Made by a program: the position numbers and the translations under genes. The notes below the pieces were generated by a model, which saw only the letters and a list, made by a program, of their open reading frames with translations, was not told where the DNA came from and searched no databases. A stretch of DNA of 64,000 bases from an uncultured Clostridia bacterium (GTDB lineage Bacteria > Bacillota > Clostridia > TANB77 > CAG-508): contig CAKPPF010000005.1 of assembly GCA_934177485.1 (NCBI GenBank), forward strand, positions 11,241 through 75,240. Direction: 5' to 3'. Of this stretch, positions 50,091 to 60,000 are shown in pieces (within the stretch, counting starts at the first letter, position 1; each line of letters begins with the position of its first letter).

Positions 50091-50960
50091 TTATTTAAAA
50101 CCTTTACCATATACTTCTCTAACATTTGTTATTACAATAAATGCTCTTGAATCAACTTGATTTGCAATCTGTCTAATTCTTATTATCTCATTTCTAGATG
50201 CTATACACATTAGCATCATTTTTTCTTTGTCTGTGTACATTCCTTTTGAATATATTCCTGTAACTCCTCTTGTTACTTTACTCCCTATCTCATTTGATAT
50301 TTTATTATAATCTTTTGATATAATAAATACCATCTTAGAAAATCCTATTCCTTCAAATACAATATCTATTATTTTTCCCATTAAATATATTGATATTGCA
50401 GAATATAATCCAATTTCAAGTTTTTTAAAACAAATGACATTTAATAATATAACAACAGAGTCAAACATAACAATTAAATTACTTGTTAAAAGTCCAGGTT
50501 TAAAGCTTTTAATTATATAGCTTACTAAGTCGCTTCCTCCTGTTGATCCTTCCGCTTTTAAGACTATTGATGTTCCTATTCCTATTATTATTCCTCCATA
50601 TATACATGCCAAAAATTTATCATTTGTTAATGGTTTTACTTTATCTAAAATATCAATAAAAAATGATAAAAAAGTTGTACCAATAATACTTTTAAATACA
50701 AATTTTTTTCCTATTCTTATAAAAGCTAATAAAAAGAATGGAATATTAAGTAATAGTATAACTGTACCCATGTTCCAATTAAATAAATAATATGTTATAG
50801 TTGCAATTCCTGCAAATCCACCAGATGATAATTTATTAGGCAATAAAAATAGAGATGTTCCAACAGCCATAACAAAAGTACCTATGGCAATTTGAAATAT
50901 CTCATATATATATTTTTTAATTATTAATTTATATTTTAATTTTTTCTTTGTATTTTCCAT
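50091..50960 (-). CDS. YitT-family membrane protein (DUF161 + DUF2179)
   Basis: Multi-TM N-terminus with SGGFAGIA motif and a C-terminal soluble domain. 289 aa. Confidence 0.7.
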   Translation of the reverse strand: MENTKKKLKYKLIIKKYIYEIFQIAIGTFVMAVGTSLFLLPNKLSSGGFAGIATITYYLFNWNMGTVILLLNIPFFLLAFIRIGKKFVFKSIIGTTFLSFFIDILDKVKPLTNDKFLACIYGGIIIGIGTSIVLKAEGSTGGSDLVSYIIKSFKPGLLTSNLIVMFDSVVILLNVICFKKLEIGLYSAISIYLMGKIIDIVFEGIGFSKMVFIISKDYNKISNEIGSKVTRGVTGIYSKGMYTDKEKMMLMCIASRNEIIRIRQIANQVDSRAFIVITNVREVYGKGFK

Positions 50961-51004
50961 AATTACACCTTAATGTAATTATTTGTATTTTTTTTATTTT
51001 TATT

Positions 51005-52090
51005 CTACAAACTTATTTTTTCTCTCATTTGTTCCAAATATTCATCATATGTTTGTAATATTATTAATTCAGATTTTCCTGGTTTTATGCTATTATCAAC
51101 TTCTACAGCAACATTAACATCATACGTTTCTTTTATTTTTGTAATATTTGATTTTTTGTGTCCAATTGCGTTATTCATGTCCACAAAATTAACTTTTAGT
51201 TTTACTTCTTTAACTTTATCATTTATTTTTTTTATTTTATCTACAATACTGTCAAACCAAATGCTATCATAAACCAATTGTCCAAATGCAGGATGAAATG
51301 GTCCTGCAACAACTTCGCTATTTTTGCTACCTGGGCTTGTAATTTCGTCTGTATTTTGAAGTCCAACTCTAATAACCTGTATATTTTTCTTGTTAAATAA
51401 ATACATTAATTCTTTACATCTTTCAACTGCTTGAAGTACTGTTAATGGTTTATATTCGCCAATTTCTAATTCTTTTTCTAGTTTTGTTCCTTTAATAACT
51501 AAAACTGGGTAGATTCGTACCATTTTAGGTTTTAATTTTATTAAATCTTTCGCACTTCTTATTTCGTCTAACTTTGTGCTTTCTGGAAGTCCGACCATCA
51601 TTTGATGCCCCAAATTAAATCCATACCATCTGATTAATTTAGAAGCTTTTTTTACATCTGCAAATGTATGCCCTCTGTCACATCTTTTTAGTATATAATC
51701 ATTTGTAGATTGTACCCCTAATTCTATTGTTTTTACATTATATTTTTTTAGCATTTTTAGTATTTCTTTATTTATATAGTCTGGTCTAGTTGATAAACGT
51801 ATTCCATCTACTTTTTTATTCTTTACATATTCATTTGCAATTTCTAAATATTCTTTTTGTTTATCTACATCAATTCCTGTAAAGCTTCCTCCAAAAAAAG
51901 CAATTTCTATATATGCATTTTCTTCTTTAAAGCTTTTTAAATTACTCTCTATTATGCTAATTACTTCATCTTTTGTTGGCATTTTTGTTTTACCACTTAT
52001 ACTTTTTTGATTGCAAAATGAGCAATCATTTGGGCAACCTAAGTGAGGTATAAACACTGGTATTATGTACTGTTTTTTTGCTTTTTTCAT
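51005..52090 (-). CDS. Radical SAM protein (ELP3/YhcC-like family commonly found between rnc and smc in Firmicutes)
   Basis: CPNDCSFC (CxxxCxxC) cluster at residues 19-26. Confidence 0.75.
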   Translation of the reverse strand: MKKAKKQYIIPVFIPHLGCPNDCSFCNQKSISGKTKMPTKDEVISIIESNLKSFKEENAYIEIAFFGGSFTGIDVDKQKEYLEIANEYVKNKKVDGIRLSTRPDYINKEILKMLKKYNVKTIELGVQSTNDYILKRCDRGHTFADVKKASKLIRWYGFNLGHQMMVGLPESTKLDEIRSAKDLIKLKPKMVRIYPVLVIKGTKLEKELEIGEYKPLTVLQAVERCKELMYLFNKKNIQVIRVGLQNTDEITSPGSKNSEVVAGPFHPAFGQLVYDSIWFDSIVDKIKKINDKVKEVKLKVNFVDMNNAIGHKKSNITKIKETYDVNVAVEVDNSIKPGKSELIILQTYDEYLEQMREKISL

Positions 52091-52103
52091 AAGGTCTCCT
52101 CCT

Positions 52104-52775
52104 TTACATATTTTCTATTGCAGCTTTTGCAGCCATCATTTCAGATTCTTTTTTTGTTTTTCCTTTGCCTTTTCCTAAAACTTTACCATTACATTCAACC
52201 TTAGATTCGAATTCTTTATCATGGTCAGGTCCAGATTCTTTTGTTATATAATATTTTATTTCTACATTTCCATGTATTTGTAGTTTTTCTTGTAACACAG
52301 TTTTATAGTCTTTGTTTCCAACATTTTTTGTTGCTATTTCTATTGGTTCTTTTAAATTTTCAATTATAAATTTTTCAGCGCATTCCAATCCAGAGTCTAA
52401 ATAAATTGCAGCAATAAGTGCTTCAACGCTATCTGCTAAAATTGCTTTTGATAAATGTGCGTTATTTGAGCTTTCACTTTTTCCTAAATATAAGAAATCA
52501 CTAAAATTATGCTTTAAGGCTATTTTATATAGGCTATCTTCGCATACAACTGTTGCTCTAACTTTAGTCATTTCTCCTTCTTTTAATTTTTTATATTTTC
52601 CATATAAATATTTACTAGATAGAAATTCTAATATGCTATCTCCCAAAAATTCTAGTTTTTCATTACTTTGAACATTATTTTCGTATGCATATGATGTATG
52701 TGTTAGTGCATTTTTTAATAGTTCTTTATTTTTAAATGTGTATCCAATGTTTTCTTCTAATTTATTAAAATTCAT
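52104..52775 (-). CDS. rnc: Ribonuclease III
   Basis: ERLEFLGDSILE RNase III signature plus a C-terminal dsRBD. 223 aa. Confidence 0.92.
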   Translation of the reverse strand: MNFNKLEENIGYTFKNKELLKNALTHTSYAYENNVQSNEKLEFLGDSILEFLSSKYLYGKYKKLKEGEMTKVRATVVCEDSLYKIALKHNFSDFLYLGKSESSNNAHLSKAILADSVEALIAAIYLDSGLECAEKFIIENLKEPIEIATKNVGNKDYKTVLQEKLQIHGNVEIKYYITKESGPDHDKEFESKVECNGKVLGKGKGKTKKESEMMAAKAAIENM

Positions 52776-52890
52776 CTTTTCACCTCCTTAAAAATTCTAC
52801 TCTATTATATAACATTTTTTAAGCCTTGCAAAGAGTTTTTAGAGATTATAGCATTTTTATTAAATTTATATAATTTATGATTTCAAGACA

Positions 52891-52990
52891 TTTTGAAACT
52901 TTTTTGAAAAATTAATGCCCGACAGCCATTTGAGGCATACGGATTACTCCTTGTCCTGGAGGGTTTAATTTTGAAAGAAAGTTCTCAAAA
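52891..52990 (-). mobile_element. MITE-like element, copy 2 (inverted relative to copy 1)
   Basis: The reverse complement aligns with copy 1: ttttgagaactttctttcaaaatta|aaccctccaggacaaggagtaatccgtatgcctcaaatggctgtcgggcat|taatttttcaaaaaagtttcaaaa. Confidence 0.55.
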
Positions 52991-53015
52991 TGGTAGTGTA
53001 AACTAATTTTGTTTC

Positions 53016-53041
53016 GGGCAGGCACAAGACCTGCCCCTACA
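53016..53041. repeat. Module-A repeat, copy 8
   Basis: gggcaggcacaagacctgcccctaca. Confidence 0.8.
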
Positions 53042-53154
53042 TCTCTTAAATTAATGTTTATTGAAAAACTGTATTTTGAAATGGGCGCAAAATATTTTTG
53101 ATATTAAGCAAAAAATAATCCCTTTATTAAGGGATTATTTTTTAACTTATTTTA

Positions 53155-53865
53155 TTATATATTTTTATATTTTCTATAAGATACATAAGATGCTAATGCT
53201 ATTGCTCCAAGTGCTATTACTAATAATATATTTACATCTTCTATACCTGTTTGTGGTAATTTTTTAGTGTTAGAATTATTAGACTTGTTAGAATTACTAT
53301 TAGACTTACCACTATTATTATTGTTTGTATTACTGGAATTATTGTTACCATTATTAGTATTATTGTTATTATCTTCATTGTTTCCAGCTGTTGTGTCATC
53401 AGCTTTAATAGTAACTATTACTGAATCATTAGCAACATTTACATTTTCTTGTTGAGAATTTTCATTTACTAATGCTAATGTTACATTTGAAATACTAATC
53501 TCAGTTGCTCCTTCAGCTGCATTATCCAAAACCTTAAATGTTATTGTATATAATGTTCCTGATTTTGACAAGTTTTCACTGTTTGTTGATACAATTGAGA
53601 TTTCTTTGCTACCTGATAAATCTGAAAAACCTGTTCCAGCTTTTTTATTGTCTATTTCTAACTTACTTGTGTCATAGCTAAGATCTGCTTTTAATCCTGT
53701 TATGTTTCCATCTGCTGTTCCTGCAAGTGTTATTGTAAAAGTTTTTCCTTTAAGAACGCTGTCAGAACTTGCACCAAAAGATATATTTCCTGTTGCTGCT
53801 TTTACAGTTATAGCCATGGATATAATAAAAATCATTGTTATTATTGAAACTAAAACTTTTTTCAT
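53155..53865 (-). CDS. Cell-wall-anchored cohesin-domain protein (LPQTG sortase substrate)
   Basis: Signal peptide. Cohesin-like beta-sandwich segment (KADLSYDTSKLEI ... TLYTITFKVLDNAAEGATEISISNVTLA). Asn-rich linker. LPQTG + TM + RKYKNI. Confidence 0.75.
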   Translation of the reverse strand: MKKVLVSIITMIFIISMAITVKAATGNISFGASSDSVLKGKTFTITLAGTADGNITGLKADLSYDTSKLEIDNKKAGTGFSDLSGSKEISIVSTNSENLSKSGTLYTITFKVLDNAAEGATEISISNVTLALVNENSQQENVNVANDSVIVTIKADDTTAGNNEDNNNNTNNGNNNSSNTNNNNSGKSNSNSNKSNNSNTKKLPQTGIEDVNILLVIALGAIALASYVSYRKYKNI

Positions 53866-53948
53866 TTTTTACCTCTCTTTTCTTATTTTATAGTATATAC
53901 ATATTGTTAAATAAAATCAAGTTTTTTTTGAATTTTTAGGTATCTTCG

Positions 53949-53972
53949 GGGCAAGTTTTTACGCTTGCCCCA
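53949..53972 (-). terminator. GC-rich hairpin downstream of the giant dockerin-protein gene
   Basis: ggggcaagtttttacgcttgcccc. Confidence 0.5.
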
Positions 53973-54025
53973 AGCCGGGGAAATCCAAACCCAGCTTTAT
54001 ATAATGTTTTTATTATATACTTTCA

Positions 54026-57000
54026 TTAAAGTTCTTTAATTATACCTAATCTATAATTGTTTATTGCAACTATATCTTGTATAAAATCAATTGTACTATT
54101 ATTGTTAATGTCTGATGCTAATTTTTGTACAGTTGATAAGCTTATTATTCCTATTCTGTAATTATTTGCCATAACTACGTCTTCTAAGAATGTAACTTTA
54201 CCGTCTCCATTAACATCACCTTTTACTGCAATAATATATTTAGTTTCTCCATTTAGCAATATTTCACTTCCAGTTTTTAGTTTTCCATCTTCAGTTAAGT
54301 TTTTATATTCTGGAGTTACTCCGCAAAGCGCTGTTTTATTCATTTTGTCAGTTAATAATTCTTTTGTAGTATTTGGAGAAATTTTTACATATTTTACTCC
54401 ATTTATTTGTATTATTGCCAAGTCCTCAAATATTATTTCTGGTTGTCTTATATCTTCTATATTTTCAACAGAAAATTCTACTTTTGTTACTTCTGATGCA
54501 TTGTTGGCTGTATCTATAGCTTTTGCATATAGTGTATATTTACCTGGTTTTGTAGATTTTTCAGATACTTTTATTGATGTATTAAATTCATTTGAGTCTA
54601 TCCATGTTTTATTATCCCAACTATATGAAATTTTAGCTAGTTCATTTGTTTTTATGTTTGCCTCTATTGGCATTCCAACAGTTACAGTTAATGACATGTA
54701 TTCAAATGTTATTGTTGGTGCTGTTGTATCTACAACAGCTGTATTTTCTCCAATTGTTATATTTCCTGCTTTATCTTTTGCCCATACATAGAATGTTCCA
54801 TCTTTTGTTGTTGAAATTGTATTTGATGAACTCCATTCTACTGGTACTTCTGTTGTTTTAGTTACCGCATATTCGCTTAATCCAGATAATTCATCATTTG
54901 CAGTAATTGTTATGTCATTTCCGTTTACTTCAACTTTTGAAATAACTGGTTTAACCTTATCTATGTTTGAAACTTTTATTATTTTTTCTGTTGAGTTTCC
55001 GTAAATATCTGTTGCTTTAAATGTATAGTCACCATTTTCTTTTATGATTACTTTCATTTTATTTTTTAATATATCTTCACCATTTACAGTTAATGCTGAT
55101 AAATTATCGTAGCTTATAACATTTAATTCAATGTCCTCATTAGTCCAGTGTTCAAGATCTCCTTGAACTTCAAATTTTGGCCCTTCAACATTTTCCACAG
55201 TATATGTCATCTTTACACTATTTCCGCATATATCTTCTGCTGTTGCTGTAACTACAGTTGATTTAAATATTTCGGCATTATTCTCATATACAATTCCATC
55301 TTCATCATTTGTTAATGTAATTCTTTGATTTTCACTTAAATTATATCCAAAGTCTACATATACAATTGATTTTTCTCTTGTAAATTTGATTGTGTTTTCA
55401 GCAGCTGGTGCATATATTACTTCTCCATTTTCTCCTTTAAGTTTATTACTGTTTGCAACTGTAAATGCTTCAGATTTATATATTGTTGTGTTCTCTGCTT
55501 TATCTTTTGCTATTACATATATATAATATGTGCCTTCAACTGCGTTTTCTATTTTTGCTTCTGAGTAATTTTCTATTGTAGTAAAGCTTAATCCAGCATT
55601 TTCTTTTATGTTTTCAGGTGTTACATTCTCAACTGATGTATTTATGTTTGTAATTGCATATTCAATACTACTTAAGTTTTCATCTTCTACATTTATTATA
55701 GATTTTATAGTTGCTTTGTCTTTACCTGTTCCAATAACTAAATTTCCACCATTTGTTTCAAGCTTAACAATTGGACTTTCTTTATCTATATTAGTAATTG
55801 TAGTTTGATTAAATACTTTGTTTCCTACTTTGTCAGTTGCTTCTGCATATAGTATTCCGTTTTCAGGAATGCTATATTTTATTTTGTCGCCATCTGTTCC
55901 TATTGCGTTTAATTGAACTATATCTTTTGAATTATTTGCCTTAAATAATACTTTTCTATTATCTGTTAAGCCTTTTCCAAATTCAACTTTTACTTCTAAA
56001 TCTTTATTTGTATATTCATCATTATAATCAAAGCTTATACTTGAATAATATACAATATATACTTTATTAGTTATTGTTTGATTACCTGCTAAGTCTGTTG
56101 CTTTAATATAAAGTGTGTATTTTCCAGTCTCTTCAAATGTTTTTGATGGGATAGCAATATCACTTGATGATGAATAATTTTTGACTTCTGTAAATTCTTC
56201 TTCATCCCATTTATATTCAACTTTAGATATCTCTTCATTTATTTCAATATTAGGTCTTATTTCAATTTTTCCAATATTAGTTGGTATTACATACTCTCCG
56301 CCATTATATTCAGATATAAATCTTACTAATGGGCAAGTAAAGTCAATTGTAACTCCATCTAATCTTGCAAATTCATTTAAGTTTCCGGCTCTATCTTCTG
56401 CAACTCCATCTTGTAATATTAAAGACTGTACTCCTTCTGTTGTTGCCTGAACATCAATTGTAAATATATTTTTATCAGTTCTTTTTACATTTATAACGTT
56501 TCCATTTGTAACTAGTATTTTATCAACATTAGAAAGGAATATATCTTCACTCATTGTTACAATGTATTTTATTGAATTTGCATTTGTTCTGCCAACAGTT
56601 ATAACTGCGTCTTTTCCTTCTTCTTTTGTATATGTTGCAATTTCATTATCTCCTACCATCGCAACAATACTTGTTACATAAGGTCTTATTGTATCTGCAA
56701 TTACATTGCTATTTTCATCTGATGAATTTGCATAATTTGTTTCAATACTATTTAGTAATTCATTAGCTTTTCCATTTATCTCATCTTTATTTTCGTCTAT
56801 ATAAATTTGTTTAATATCTCTTTCTCTTAATCCATCGCTAACTTTACCAATTAAAGAAATTATGTTTAATGCACCATTTTCATCTACTATAGTATAACTA
56901 TATCTTGCAACTTTAATATTTTCAGTATTTTCAATGTCATATTTATCATATGAACCATCTAATTCTTTAACTGTATCTCCTAGTCTTATTTTTAATTTAG

Positions 57001-60000
57001 GTACATTAGTTAGTTTTGTTTGTTCTTCAAATCTTGCAACTATTTCAATAACTTTTCCTTTATTGTAGAATCCTATTGGAGTAACAACTTTTATGTCTTT
57101 AAATATTGGAGATGTTGTGTCCCCATTACCTAAATCTATTGACCAAATATTTCCTGCTCTATCATAAACAGTTCCGCTTATTAGATTTACACTTATGTTT
57201 CCAGTTTTATCTATCTTTGTGATATCTTTTTCATATGTTAACTTTGTTTGTCCATTTTCTTGTTCAACTTTAGGATTTTCTGCAGTGTCTTCTAAGTTTC
57301 CATTTATAAATATTCCCATAACAGGTATATATGTCAAATCTGTTAATGTATTTTCTGACATTGAGTATATTATCTCATTAAACATTCCTTCTGCTTTTAT
57401 TCCAGTTATTTGTCCATCTTCATTTTTTATATATTCTATATTCCATTTAGCTGTTCCATCTGTATTTACTGCTACATATGGTGCTGTTGTATCTGCATAT
57501 ATATTTTTTATTATTTGAGCATCTTTTGCAGTATTGCTATTTCCTGCTGCATCTGCAAATTGACCTTCTGGAACTTCTACCCATAAATATCCATTATCTC
57601 CATCTTTTATAGTATATGTATATTCAACGGTTGTACTATTTACATTCCAATCACTTTCATAACTATATTCACTATAGCTTTGTGGTTTTTGGTCCGCATT
57701 TTCTGAAAAGCCTACTAAAATTTTTGGTTGTATTTTAGCTGAATTTACTTTTTCACTAAAGGTTAATGTTATTTTTATATCATTACCTGCTTTATAATAT
57801 GGATCTGTTCCTAATATTAATGGGTTTTCAACTGTTGCAGTAATACTATCAACATATGGTCTTATTGTGTCAACATTTATTTCATTTCCTGTTTGATTTA
57901 CTGTTAATGTTGCTATATTTCCAGCAATATCACATACTTGTGCATTTTGGACATTTTCAATTTTAACTATTGAAACTATTCCATTATCTCCATTATATGT
58001 TAGTTTTCCTTGCTCGTCTTTTTCTTCGCCTCTAATCCTATATGTATACACAAGTTTAGTTTTATCTATTTTTCCATTATTTGTTCCGTATTCAGAAAAT
58101 GACAAAGATATTTCTTCAGAAGCTCCAATTTTAATATTTACTATTGGTGCTGTTTTTTCTGTTACATTTTTTATTTCATTGTTTTCTAATACATAAACTT
58201 CTTCATCAAATATTGCTTCAACAGCAACAACTGTTTCTGCTTTATATATTCCACTAGCTGGTGAAATAATCTTCAATTCTTTTAGATTTGGAGATATTGT
58301 ATCTGCAATAATTGTGTCTCCATCTAAAGCTCTTTTTGTAACTACAGTTTTGTTACCTGCGGCATCTACCACATTTCCTGTAAATCCTTTTACTGAAAGT
58401 TCTCCATTGTCGTTATCTGCTAACACATATGTATATATGATTTTGTTTCCGTCAATCTTTTCTGGTAATTCAACATTATTTTTAGCATTACCACTTTCAG
58501 CAAATTTTAAGGCTAAATCTGGAACTTTATCATCAACTAAATTTATATTTTCGTTAAATGTTGCAATTATTGTTACTTTTTCTCCTGCTTTATAATATCT
58601 TTTTACAGAGTCAACTTCACTATTTACTTTAATCTCGTTTTCTGCATATGCTTCTAGTCCAATTAATATTGCTGCTTGTCTATCAACTCTTATCTCGTTT
58701 TCAAATCTTTCATTTGAATGTCCAACGATATCTTTTACTGCATCTCTATTAACTATAACTTTTATTGTTCCGTTGCTTCCATCTGCTATGTCATTTTTTA
58801 CTACTAATGTATATAAAGTTTTATCGTTTTCATCTTGTATTAACTCTTTTGGAGTACCATTTATAATTGTTAAATCTTCAATTGTAAATCCAAATACCTC
58901 TTCACTCCATTTAAATGAATATTCTATTTCACTTGCATTTGTTAAGCCATTTTCTATAATCTCATTTGTATCAATATTTTTAGCAGATATTTTTACTGTT
59001 GGTGCTGTGGTATCAGTTTTTATTTTTCCAGTATCAATTTCTGTATTAGAATTATATATAAATAAATTACAATTGTTTATATCTATTGGTGCTATATTTC
59101 CAGGTCCAATTGGATTATGTAGGCTTTTATCAGTATCTGGCCATTTTGCTACATTTGGCCACATTGTAACATTAGAATACATATACATATTCATTAATTT
59201 TGAATTTTTCAAATCCTTTATTGTATATTCATATGTAATAGTATTTCCGCTTTCATTTACTTGTTGTGCAGACATATTGATTTTTTCATTAGCTGAAGTT
59301 TCAATATAAAGAATTGGAGCTTCATTTTTATTTATTAGTTTTCCATTATCTCCATTATATAAAGCATTTTTAAATTTTACAATTACTTTAATTTTGTCTC
59401 CATCTTCAAAATATGTTGCTTTTTTAAAATCTGTTAATTGTTTATCATTTTTATATATCTCATAAGATACTGTATTTATTTCATCTATAGTTTGATCAAG
59501 TTTTACTTCTCCATCTGTTATTTCTTTTGGAGTTGCAGCTAATAATGATTTGTTTCCTACGATATCTCTAATTTCGATATCTGAAGCATAATCTATAATT
59601 ACATCTCCATCATCACCATTTTGAATTGTATAAATATATTTCCATACAGTTTTTCCATCTTCTTCTGTTATATCTACAAGTCTAGCATTTCCTTTTTTAG
59701 AATCTGTTTGGAAGTTATCTTTACCTAAGCCTGAATTTGAGAATAATACATTTATTTGAGGTATTGTTTCTTCTGCATTAGGAATTATTTCACTTGCAAC
59801 TGCTGATATATTTAAATTTGTACCTTTAGTATATACATTGTTTTCATTAGCTACATCGACACCGACGTTAATAGCTACAGTTGGTGCAACAGTATCAAAA
59901 TAAATATTAGCCTGTGTTATATCTATATTCTTTTTTTCTTTATCTGTTGTGTAAAATTCTGCTCTATTACTTTCATTTTCATCTTTTTTGTCTATTAATT